The notes under the pieces: model-generated | The model's database searches: none | Told to the model about the DNA's origin: nothing | Seen by the model: only the letters and a program-made list of their open reading frames with translations | Translations under genes and position numbers: made by a program | NCBI GenBank assembly: GCA_013203315.1 | Contig: JABMQJ010000020.1 | Coordinates: 1 to 64,000, forward strand | DNA: 64,000 bases | DNA from: Candidatus Omnitrophota bacterium | Lineage (GTDB): Bacteria; Omnitrophota; Gorgyraeia; JABMRN01; RBG-13-46-9 | Direction: 5' to 3' | Shown: one piece after another, positions 55,499 through 64,000 of the stretch | How positions within the stretch are numbered: the first letter of the stretch is position 1 | Layout of the letters: every line of letters starts with the position of its first letter

Positions 55499-55545
55499 AT
55501 TAGGGACAGGCACCTTTAATTCTATTAAAGATATCTGTCCCTAAT
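55499..55545. repeat. GGGACAG...CTGTCCC palindrome (REP-like)
   Basis: attagggacag-gcac-ctttaat-tct-attaaag-atat-ctgtccctaat. Confidence 0.5.
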
Positions 55546-55563
55546 ATTTACTTGAGAGTTTTT

Positions 55564-57033
55564 TTAAACCTTGCCTCTGCGATCTTCAAGCCTTCTGCGG
55601 TTTTCCTTGACTCTTTCTTTTGTCAGCTGTACGCGTGAAATAAAAATAATAGCAATAATCAAACCCGCGACCGGCAAAGCAGCTAAAGAGAAGCGTAGCC
55701 AGAATATGGTTTGAGGCGCCTGTATCTGAAGTTTCCAAGTAAAACCTGACCATCCTATAATGAAGCCAGAAAATATAACTCCTAATGAATTTCCCAGTTT
55801 AAGCATATAAGAAGCACAGGCGGTAAAAGAACCTTCCCTTCTTTCCTGCGTTTTAAGTTCATCGTGGTCAATAATGTCGGCGCCGATGGAACTATGCAGC
55901 ATCCAGATAGAAGCCGCAGACATTCCCATCAAACCAGACGCGATCGTCTGGAGCCACTGGATTGCCGGCGTATACAGAAACCATGAACCACCGTAACCAC
56001 ATATGCCTACTAGACAGGCTACAATTAAAGCTCTTCGTTTGCCAATCCTATGTGACATAGCTCCATGGATTGGAACTCCTAAAAGGCCTCCCAGCATAAA
56101 AGCCACGCCCATCCATACCTGCCAATTATTTCCGACAATTTCGTTTCCGCCTGCTACATAAAAACGCGTTACATAGTAACCAAGCGAACCCACCATGCTC
56201 GTGCCTAAAGTAAAAGCAATACCCACAACCATCATCTTGCGGAACGGCATGCATCTAAGGGTTTCACCTAAACCAGCCAGAATGGAAATTTTCTCTTTAA
56301 CCTTTACCACCACTTTATCATAGTAACGTTCTTTAACTCTGAAAAAAATGATTATGGCGAAAATAGCCATTACAGCACCCAGTATCATTGTATACACCCG
56401 CATTGCCAGGAGAGTATTCTGTTTTCCTGTTCCCGGGATAAGAAACCAGGCCAGAGTAGTAAACTTAAAAGCAAAGAAATTGCCCAATTCTGAAATCTTT
56501 TGGGCGACGCTCCGATAGGACATGATAGAGGTGCGCTCTTCATAATCAGGCGACATTTCCGCGCCTAAACTGTAGTACGGTATGGTAAAAGCGCTGATTA
56601 TGGGGATATAAATCATGTTGGAAAGTAAAATGTACCAAAACACCACGGATACGCCGAGGAATTTTATCCCCACCCAGGCCGGCGACATCATAAACAAGAT
56701 CGGCAGGCCTAGTCCACTTAAAATACCGGCGATTAAAATAAAAGGGCGCCTGCGGCCCCATTTGGAACGCAAGTTATCGGAGAGCCACCCCACCACAGGA
56801 TCAATAAAGGCATCAAATATTCGGACTAATCCAACACCCAAGCCCACCAGCCATGGGTCAATACCTAAATACAAGTTAAACACCATATAAGCAACCCCCG
56901 CGTACAACCAGAGGCCCCACATATCAACTGCAGTACCGATACTGTAAGCCGCTTTGGTGAGGATAGGAAGCCGATCTCGCGGAGCCCATCTCCTATCATA
57001 TTTTCTTTTATCAGCAGGAATAGGTGTTTCCAT
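55564..57033 (-). CDS. GPH-family (MelB-like) MFS sugar symporter
   Basis: DAFIDPVVGWLSD, SKWGRRRPF, PYYSLGAEMSPDYEERT and RREG motifs. Confidence 0.9.
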   Translation of the reverse strand: METPIPADKRKYDRRWAPRDRLPILTKAAYSIGTAVDMWGLWLYAGVAYMVFNLYLGIDPWLVGLGVGLVRIFDAFIDPVVGWLSDNLRSKWGRRRPFILIAGILSGLGLPILFMMSPAWVGIKFLGVSVVFWYILLSNMIYIPIISAFTIPYYSLGAEMSPDYEERTSIMSYRSVAQKISELGNFFAFKFTTLAWFLIPGTGKQNTLLAMRVYTMILGAVMAIFAIIIFFRVKERYYDKVVVKVKEKISILAGLGETLRCMPFRKMMVVGIAFTLGTSMVGSLGYYVTRFYVAGGNEIVGNNWQVWMGVAFMLGGLLGVPIHGAMSHRIGKRRALIVACLVGICGYGGSWFLYTPAIQWLQTIASGLMGMSAASIWMLHSSIGADIIDHDELKTQERREGSFTACASYMLKLGNSLGVIFSGFIIGWSGFTWKLQIQAPQTIFWLRFSLAALPVAGLIIAIIFISRVQLTKERVKENRRRLEDRRGKV

Positions 57034-57077
57034 TCGTTTTCTCCTTTTTGAAAATTTTGCCTTAAAAAATTCTCATA

Positions 57078-58019
57078 TTAGCGATTATAACATGCATCGA
57101 TAAGACGCTCTACGCTTGTGGTAGCCACGCATTGAACGTTATCGGCGCCGCCGTAATAAAGTTTAACTTCGCCATTATCTTCCACTACAGCGCCAGAGGT
57201 AAACACGACGCTCGGAGTTTGCCCCACAAGTTCATACATCTCCTCGGGAATCAAGATTGCGTCTTTAGCCATGGCCTTAACTTTTGCCGGATTCTCCAGA
57301 TCCAAAAGACAGACACCCAATTGATAAACATAATGCGCTTTACATTGAATACGCACTCCGTGAAAAATATTAAGCCATCCTTCGGGTGTTTTAATAGGAG
57401 TGGCCCCTGGTCCGACCTTTGTCCAGGCCCAGTTAATCCCTTCCCAGTTCCTGAACACGCATTCACTCTTTCCCCAAAAGATCAAATCCGGGGAATAAGA
57501 TACCCAGACATCCCCCGTAGGGTTTCCGGTATTGGGCCGGTCAAGGCGCGCGTAGAGTCCGTTGATTTTCTCAGGGAAAAGCACGCCATTTCGGTTATCT
57601 GGTTCAGAAATAAAGCCCATCCACTCGAATTTCTTAAAGTCATCTGTCTTCACCAGGCTGAGGCGACAGGTATGGCCTGAGTGGCCGGCATGTACTATAT
57701 AATATGTATCCCCGATTTTTGTTATGCGCGGATCATAATACATGCTCGAGGTATACTCCTTAAACATCGGATCATCATGGGGCATAGGCACCGGTTTTGG
57801 CCGCGGTTTAAAATTAAACCCATCCTTGCTTTCGGCAATCCAAAAACGGTCAGACAAAGCGGAATTCTCCACCCGGCAAACCATTGTATAAATACCTTTG
57901 TATTTTATGATGCCGGAATTAAAAACATGCTTAATATCTGCCTCAGGGGGGAAATTCTTGCCTGTCAAGATAGGATTCCCCTCATACCGCTTGCATATAG
58001 GATACTTGCTTGTTTTCAT
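57078..58019 (-). CDS. GH130 beta-mannoside phosphorylase
   Basis: GNPIL, VFNSG, DPRITK, NRNGVLFPEKING, RLDRP, LYYGGAD; likely start MKTSKYP after GAGG. Confidence 0.88.
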   Translation of the reverse strand: MKTSKYPICKRYEGNPILTGKNFPPEADIKHVFNSGIIKYKGIYTMVCRVENSALSDRFWIAESKDGFNFKPRPKPVPMPHDDPMFKEYTSSMYYDPRITKIGDTYYIVHAGHSGHTCRLSLVKTDDFKKFEWMGFISEPDNRNGVLFPEKINGLYARLDRPNTGNPTGDVWVSYSPDLIFWGKSECVFRNWEGINWAWTKVGPGATPIKTPEGWLNIFHGVRIQCKAHYVYQLGVCLLDLENPAKVKAMAKDAILIPEEMYELVGQTPSVVFTSGAVVEDNGEVKLYYGGADNVQCVATTSVERLIDACYNR

Positions 58020-58070
58020 GTCAAATTTCCTCTCTTTTTGTACATTGTTTTCATTGTGCAATAAATTGGA

Positions 58071-58099
58071 AGTATAGCATTTTCAGAACTGCTTGTCAA
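58071..58099 (-). promoter_or_regulatory. Near-consensus sigma70 promoter of the GH130-MFS-PMM cassette
   Basis: TTGACA-N17-TATACT with TG extension. Confidence 0.7.
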
Positions 58100-58115
58100 T
58101 AAAAGGTTTGACTTA

Positions 58116-59021
58116 CTAATACTCAACCTTCGTCTTTACGAACTTTATGTTGATTATCGTTATTATGAATACCACTACGAATACGATATAACCCAATGCG
58201 GAGGCGTACCCCATCTTGAATTTCCTGAATCCCATATCGTAAAGATAGGCCACTACGGTGAGGGCGGAGTCGAGGACCCCACCTATCCCTAATTCCGACT
58301 GAGTCATGATATAGACTCTTTCGAACACCTGAAAGGACGTGATGAACCCTATTATGACCACAAAGACCGTGAACGGCTTTAATAATGGAAGTGTTATGTG
58401 CCAGAACTTGTCGAAAACGTTGGCTCCGTCGATATCCGCGGCTTCGTAAACCGTCTTTGGAATGGTCTGAAGTCCGGCCAGGAAAAGTATCATATTGTAG
58501 CCTAGACTCGCCCATATGGACATTATCATTATTGCGGGAAGCGTCCAGACCGGGCTCATGAGCCAATCTACGGGTTGTAATCCTACCCGTATAAGGATGT
58601 GATTTATGAGGCCGTATTTCTCGCCGGCAAAAAGCCATTTCCATATTACCGATAATGCTATGACCGATGTTACCGATGGTATGAAATATATGGCCCTGAA
58701 GAAATTTTTAAACCGTATCTGTTGATCGACTGCTATGGCCAAGAGAAGCGATAACGCAGTGCCCAGCGGTATGACACCGAGGGTGTAAAGGCAAGTATTG
58801 CGGACGGACTTCCAGAACCTGGGGTCATTGAAGAATATGTTCTTGTAATTAGCGAGCCCCACCCATTTCGGGGCGTGTATAGCATCGTATTCTGTGAATG
58901 ACCAGTAGAAGGAGGCTATGACCGGCCCGACGACAAAGATTAAGAATAGCAGGACTGCCGGCGCGATAAAGATATAGGACCACTTTGCTTCGTTTAATTT
59001 GGTAAAAAAGCCCTTCTTCAT
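58116..59021 (-). CDS. Carbohydrate ABC transporter permease (MalF/UgpA-like)
   Basis: WVGLANY, LAGLQTIP...YEAADIDGA and GYASAL motifs. Confidence 0.92.
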   Translation of the reverse strand: MKKGFFTKLNEAKWSYIFIAPAVLLFLIFVVGPVIASFYWSFTEYDAIHAPKWVGLANYKNIFFNDPRFWKSVRNTCLYTLGVIPLGTALSLLLAIAVDQQIRFKNFFRAIYFIPSVTSVIALSVIWKWLFAGEKYGLINHILIRVGLQPVDWLMSPVWTLPAIMIMSIWASLGYNMILFLAGLQTIPKTVYEAADIDGANVFDKFWHITLPLLKPFTVFVVIIGFITSFQVFERVYIMTQSELGIGGVLDSALTVVAYLYDMGFRKFKMGYASALGYIVFVVVFIITIINIKFVKTKVEY

Positions 59022-59048
59022 TCCCTAAACTGCCTCATCAGTAGGCGG

Positions 59049-59077
59049 AGTTTACCACAATATGCCTCTATCGTCAA
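59049..59077 (-). promoter_or_regulatory. Sigma70 promoter of the permease gene
   Basis: TTGACG-N17-TAAACT with TG extension. Confidence 0.55.
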
Positions 59078-59135
59078 TAATAAAAGGGGTTCCTTATATC
59101 AAGTTTATAAGAAGGAAGGTAGGGGGGGGGGTAGA

Positions 59136-62100
59136 TTACAGCGAGCTCATGGTTTGGGATTCGCATCTGCGGAAGTCGCTCATAGCAGTGTCTGCGTCTT
59201 CGAGTTCGATGTCCGGTAGCACGAGTACGAAGGAGCCATTAAGTAGTTCGCTGAGTTTTTCGATGTCGGCCAGTTGCAATTCGGCTTTTAAGGAGTCGTA
59301 GTTTTTCCTGGTCAGTCGGTTAATGGATTCGATTATCGCGTTTACGGTAGCGCTTATGCTTCCCTCATCTCCGTTTCCTTGTTTTTTGAAGTCTATGAGT
59401 TTCGCCATTAAGAGTCCGATCTGCATCTGTGGCACAGCAGGCACATATTCGCCCTGTAGGGCGGCTATGTGCGCACCAAGTTCGCGTAATGACGCTAATC
59501 TGGCCTGGTATTCACTGGCATCTTTTCGTCTGTCGTCTTTTAATATCCACGTAAATACTGTTTCCTGCGGGTTTGCGGCTTTTATGCCTTCGATATCGGT
59601 TACAACCTTATCCATCCTTGCCATGTTCTCATCCGAAGTTGTCCCGTCGTCAACGTAAACAAGGAACTTTATCGGGCCGGATTCGTTCTCTATGTTCATC
59701 CACTTGGCCATGCGATTTCCGGAAGTCTTGAGTCTATTCGCGAAGCTATTGCACTCGCTTAAAACCGAAAACTTATCCGATTCCGACTTCACAGCCACGA
59801 CTACAGTACATGGCGGTATCATGCCAACTGCCTCTACAGCTTTTTGGCCTTGCTTAATAGTTTCCTCGAGATGCTCACGGTCCATAGGTGGGGTAACCAT
59901 TTTGGGTGCGAAACCATAATCTCCGGTGTCTACGCGAGGCGATTCTTCGACAGGTGCTTGTTTCACCGCGAATTCGGGTGGACCAGGAGTAGTAGCTTTT
60001 TTCCTTTGATATTTATAAAATGTACACGCTTCAATATACTTACTAAGAGTTATTGGGACTGTTTTTGAATCAATTATTTCTAAACCCTGAAGCGGAATTG
60101 CATTATCTGACCCTTGTCTTAAAATAACTAATTTTGCATCCTCTCTAAGCCCACGCTCAGGATGACTCATTATGGCGTTTAGCTGGTCAAGGAATTCCTG
60201 TTTATTTTGGTCTGGCTCCGGATAATATAAATATACGATATCATATTCTGAGAAATCTACGTTAGCATTGAATATATCTTTGTGTTCAAAATGCACTCTA
60301 TTTACGACTTCGGTTAAATTTGAGGCAACTTCCGGATCTAGAGTTCCGTCAAAGTTACGCGCGATCATGTTTAAAAACCACTGCCTAACGCTATTACTTA
60401 CTAAGAACAAAGATTCTTCTACTTCCATGCCATCTACAGAAGCGCCGTACGAGGCCATCTTATACGCTGTTGACCCATCGCCTGAGCCAAATTCAAAGAC
60501 TTTTGTGCCATTTTTGATTTCGGCAAATTCTGCTAATTCATCAAATATCTCATTAAAAGTAATTTGAAATTTTCCATACTTAACATTTGTCAATTCGTCG
60601 ATAGTTACATTATTGGTCCCGGGAATTTCCTGTGCCCATCCTAATTTTAAATATAATTCTATATAAAGGTCATATATGCATCTTTTTACTCTTTTTTGTA
60701 CGGTTTCAGACTGATCAACCATGGGCGTTTTCTGTACATAATCTCCTCGCTTCAATGCTTCGCTGGTTAATGCACCATATCTGTCCTCAAATGCTTGCTT
60801 CAGGTCATCGGAAATAGCGCGATTTGACATTAATAATCTTCCGAATTTTTTCAGCTTGTGCATATCACCCCTAGCTGGCTGGCTCGGATCAGCCATATCC
60901 GTCGGGCTCATCCAGAGGGCATCTACGATTGTTACAATGATGTGAGGGTAAGGATTGCCTATCACATGTTGTACTAAGTTTTCCGCACTTGTAGCCGCAT
61001 CCTGTGCATGTTCGGTAAGATCGCTTCTTCCGCCACCTTGAGGTGGGAGTGTCGGTTCCGCCGATTCCCGAACCGCGGGTTGAGATGGTTCCGGTGCACT
61101 GGCTTCTCTATCAGGAAGCCCTACTTCTCCCTCTTCCTTCTTTTCCCATGTTAAAGTTATCCTGGTACCTTTTTCAACTACAGGATCAGGGGCATCAACG
61201 CGCTCTAATCTCAAAGTCGATTCTATCTCTTCGACTATCTCAAGTGAATATTCACCAAACCTTAAACATTTTCCTCTTTTGACCCATCTTTCGCCTCTTG
61301 TCTCAATGGTGACATTATCAGGGAATATAACAATGATTCGCAACCCATAACCCTCATCAGGCCTTTGAATTGTTCCATCATCCAGCCAGGCGCGATGTGT
61401 CTTATCGGTGTTTATGCTTTCTTGCAATAAGGCATCGGGATTTTCCATGCCGGGCCCTTCATCAATGCCTATAACTTCAAGTTTTTTCGAACCCCCTGCA
61501 TCTTCGGTATAGCGTACTTCGATATTGCCGCCCCCGCCATGCATTATAATATTAAATACCATTTCACCACAGGCATCTGTTATGTCCTTATTGTAAATAC
61601 CGAGATTTATTGTATTTAAAAATTCATCCAATGCGTCTACAAAAGCTGTGCCCTGCAGTATCGCTCTTTCTCTATCCGCTTCCTCGGTAAAGTGCCACGT
61701 AAATGCGGGTCCGCCTGCATCTAGTGGAGTAGGTTCGGGTTTTTTCGCCATCGAAAGTATGCCGGCACTGCGAAGCTGTGTTAGTAATGCCTCTGCTCTT
61801 GCTGTATTAGATTCACCGAGGTGCACGCTAATGGCCTGAATAGCTTCATCTCTTTCAATTCCACCATCTGCCCTATCCAACATCACAGCTGCTACTATAT
61901 TACGCAATACCGGATCCTCCGGATAATTCTGCATGAATGTATCTAAAAGATCTCTTCTATCAGCGGGAAGTTGTGCGTAATAATCTTGTGCCGCCGCCAA
62001 TTCCCGAGGCGCGGCTTCGTCTGGCTTTATTTCGCCCGGGCTATATTCAGTGGTGCCTTCCACTGTAAAGAAACTGTGAAATCCTTCTTTTTCTTCTATC

Positions 62101-64000
62101 GGTTCAATTTTACCCAGTTCATGATCCGGGTGAAACCTTGTAATCGCAAGGATTACCCCGACATAATGCGTGTTATTGATTACAATTTCATAGCGCTCCC
62201 ATTGTTTGTGCTCTCCTCTTTCTGGTTTGAAAAATGTGTCTATAGCCTGCTCTGCTGATGCCTGTTTTGGAATCTTTATTTCGACAAGCCATTCTTCAGT
62301 TTTTCCTGTTTCATTTTCTCTGCTTATGACCATGTCTGCTTTTACGCTTGTCCTACTACTATCTAAGGGTCTTTTTGGATCACCAATGTCGACACGTACA
62401 GTTTTCTCAAATTCTTCTACGCGCGCTCCCGTATTTTCTAAGGCCGATGCAACCTTTAAAATATCCCTTAACTGCCTTCTATTTAATTTGTTGAAGCCTT
62501 TTATGCGCTGGTATCTATCAATAAGCGCTTGCATTTCTGCATCTACCGCCTCCGCCGATTCCCGATCCGCGGGTTGACCTGTCTCGGTATGCACCTCATC
62601 GACCGGCTCTCCTCTAAGCGCTCTCACGAATTGTTTTAAATCAGATTTAGGGTGTTTTTTGGAGAAGGAGAGGGCTAGATTTAATGCATCATCAAGCACT
62701 ACAAGCCCCGTAACTACAATGGCTATTACTTTTGTATATAAAGGTGCCGCGAATAAAGGCATTTCAAAAAATAGGTCATGTGTTAAGAAGAGTGTTAGAA
62801 GCACTTGTATAAGCGTAATCGCATAAGGCGCTATTGCTACTAATGCCGGGTGCTTGAAGCTTTCTCCCTTTGTTGCTTTGTATACACCTTCGTTAAAATC
62901 GATTTCTCCTCTAAATCGATCAACCATTGCGTGCCTTGCTTCATGCCATGTCATTTGAAGCCAGGCAAGGAGTTTTCCTATAACCGGTATCTTCTGCCAG
63001 AAGCCACGGGTTAGGGTGGGTACTTCGCCCTCTGCCTCCGGTGCGGCGGAGTTTTTGAAAATAAAGTATATTCCTTCGGCAAATATAACGCCTGCGTCAT
63101 TCTCAATTTCTTTTGATATTCTTTCTCTTTCAGAATCTTGCCATTCAGTTGGGCCTGCAGAAAATCTAAGCATAATCACGCCATCCGGTAAAACCACTTT
63201 CCTGGCTATGTCCCGTATTCTTTTCATTCTCAGCTCAGTACTATATTCATAGCTGAAAATGCCGGTTGCTCTTAGTAAGCAAATTGAATTTGAAGGAATG
63301 TGCTCGCCAATCTCTTCGGCATCGATGTTGTATACGCTCACACGCTCTCTTAATTCAGGAAACATGTTCCATACATAATTGCCTTCTTCAATGATGGCTT
63401 CTTGAGAATAATTCACAAGGTGGTACCGGGAGGCGTTGGGACATTGTTCTGCTATTTCATAGAACTCTGCTCCTGTGAAACCTAAAATAACTATTTCCCT
63501 GTCTCGCGTAAATTCATCCAGGTTGATGCCTGCGCTATTTAAAATGTTATTCTCTCTTTCTACAAACATGGGGAATGTGATACTTGGATAGAGCGGCTCG
63601 GATCCTCCGCGCAATGGCGTAACGAGAAGTTTTCTCCAGCCATCGTTATCCCACTTGAGACCTTCGGGTGGAAGATATTTTTCTAGCATGTCATCGGTTA
63701 CAATAGCTACTTTTCTACGCAATCTTTCTCTTACTCTTGCCAATTCTTTTTCGTTTTCAGGTGTGGTGGGTTGCGGTTCTCCTGTTCGTGCCTCACCTGT
63801 TCTCATTCTGAAGAACGCGCGGTGGAAGTCGGAGCGGGAATTGAATGGGTTTAGATTTGCGATTTCTAAGATAAGGAAGGGGGACATTATTGCAGTAATG
63901 GTTGTCCATATGATTAGTGGGTCTATACCGAAGGAATGCATTATAAGGCCGGTAATAAGAGACGGGATACCACCTACGCCAAGCACCCCAAGAGGGCCTG
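59136..64000 (-). CDS. Giant mosaic multi-domain protein, 3' part only (at least 1616 aa; frame open to the window edge)
   Basis: TM pair, methyltransferase-like fold, HEARH motif with TM helices, D...EIK nuclease-like motif, GHKL/RsbT-like kinase (EMVFNIIMHG, DEGPG, GYGL), class I SAM methyltransferase (FEFGSGDG), Pro-rich linkers. Confidence 0.8.
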   Translation of the reverse strand, partial: GPLGVLGVGGIPSLITGLIMHSFGIDPLIIWTTITAIMSPFLILEIANLNPFNSRSDFHRAFFRMRTGEARTGEPQPTTPENEKELARVRERLRRKVAIVTDDMLEKYLPPEGLKWDNDGWRKLLVTPLRGGSEPLYPSITFPMFVERENNILNSAGINLDEFTRDREIVILGFTGAEFYEIAEQCPNASRYHLVNYSQEAIIEEGNYVWNMFPELRERVSVYNIDAEEIGEHIPSNSICLLRATGIFSYEYSTELRMKRIRDIARKVVLPDGVIMLRFSAGPTEWQDSERERISKEIENDAGVIFAEGIYFIFKNSAAPEAEGEVPTLTRGFWQKIPVIGKLLAWLQMTWHEARHAMVDRFRGEIDFNEGVYKATKGESFKHPALVAIAPYAITLIQVLLTLFLTHDLFFEMPLFAAPLYTKVIAIVVTGLVVLDDALNLALSFSKKHPKSDLKQFVRALRGEPVDEVHTETGQPADRESAEAVDAEMQALIDRYQRIKGFNKLNRRQLRDILKVASALENTGARVEEFEKTVRVDIGDPKRPLDSSRTSVKADMVISRENETGKTEEWLVEIKIPKQASAEQAIDTFFKPERGEHKQWERYEIVINNTHYVGVILAITRFHPDHELGKIEPIEEKEGFHSFFTVEGTTEYSPGEIKPDEAAPRELAAAQDYYAQLPADRRDLLDTFMQNYPEDPVLRNIVAAVMLDRADGGIERDEAIQAISVHLGESNTARAEALLTQLRSAGILSMAKKPEPTPLDAGGPAFTWHFTEEADRERAILQGTAFVDALDEFLNTINLGIYNKDITDACGEMVFNIIMHGGGGNIEVRYTEDAGGSKKLEVIGIDEGPGMENPDALLQESINTDKTHRAWLDDGTIQRPDEGYGLRIIVIFPDNVTIETRGERWVKRGKCLRFGEYSLEIVEEIESTLRLERVDAPDPVVEKGTRITLTWEKKEEGEVGLPDREASAPEPSQPAVRESAEPTLPPQGGGRSDLTEHAQDAATSAENLVQHVIGNPYPHIIVTIVDALWMSPTDMADPSQPARGDMHKLKKFGRLLMSNRAISDDLKQAFEDRYGALTSEALKRGDYVQKTPMVDQSETVQKRVKRCIYDLYIELYLKLGWAQEIPGTNNVTIDELTNVKYGKFQITFNEIFDELAEFAEIKNGTKVFEFGSGDGSTAYKMASYGASVDGMEVEESLFLVSNSVRQWFLNMIARNFDGTLDPEVASNLTEVVNRVHFEHKDIFNANVDFSEYDIVYLYYPEPDQNKQEFLDQLNAIMSHPERGLREDAKLVILRQGSDNAIPLQGLEIIDSKTVPITLSKYIEACTFYKYQRKKATTPGPPEFAVKQAPVEESPRVDTGDYGFAPKMVTPPMDREHLEETIKQGQKAVEAVGMIPPCTVVVAVKSESDKFSVLSECNSFANRLKTSGNRMAKWMNIENESGPIKFLVYVDDGTTSDENMARMDKVVTDIEGIKAANPQETVFTWILKDDRRKDASEYQARLASLRELGAHIAALQGEYVPAVPQMQIGLLMAKLIDFKKQGNGDEGSISATVNAIIESINRLTRKNYDSLKAELQLADIEKLSELLNGSFVLVLPDIELEDADTAMSDFRRCESQTMSSL

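Noticed and set aside
58123-58644. 173-aa same-strand alternative-frame ORF inside the permease
   Set aside because: Arg-rich off-frame composition, no RBS; consistent with codon bias of the real gene
59121-59132. Poly-G tract as a phase-variation switch
   Set aside because: Lies just after the giant gene's stop and outside the predicted promoter spacer, so a length change has no evident effect

Overview
Mostly minus-strand chromosomal window from a diderm bacterium; the gene style and giant mosaic proteins suggest Ca. Omnitrophota/PVC (inference). From left to right: (i) the 5' part of a large secreted protein behind a leader-peptide/terminator element; (ii) tmRNA with a 32-codon tag, smpB and tRNA-Leu(CAG); (iii) housekeeping and envelope genes: an ArnT/GT2/YdjC lipid-modification trio, bioY, a TonB receptor, pabBC, NIL-ferredoxin/UPF0280, pdaD-speB, htpX; (iv) two c-di-GMP-I riboswitches flanking a ribbon-helix-helix gene and preceding a small secreted 'mini-pilin', convergent with a non-canonical chaperone-usher/WxL-like pilus cluster (1497-aa usher-like protein, chaperone, five pilin-like subunits); (v) an 18-kb Wzx/Wzy polysaccharide cluster with four radical SAM enzymes; (vi) a beta-mannan-type glycan locus (2x GH113, 2x CBM27-like, GH116, GH130, phosphomannomutase, MFS, ABC, ROK); (vii) the 3' part of a giant multi-enzyme mosaic protein. 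The main hidden structure is an 11-bp-period TGTAACA-like direct repeat. Its first unit sits 21 nt from a -10 hexamer at four promoters (major pilin, EPS priming transferase, wza, GH113 operon), and two perfect copies lie upstream of the large secreted protein. This suggests one regulon linking pilus, matrix and glycan binding. All calls come from reading motifs by eye; no searches or folding programs were run.
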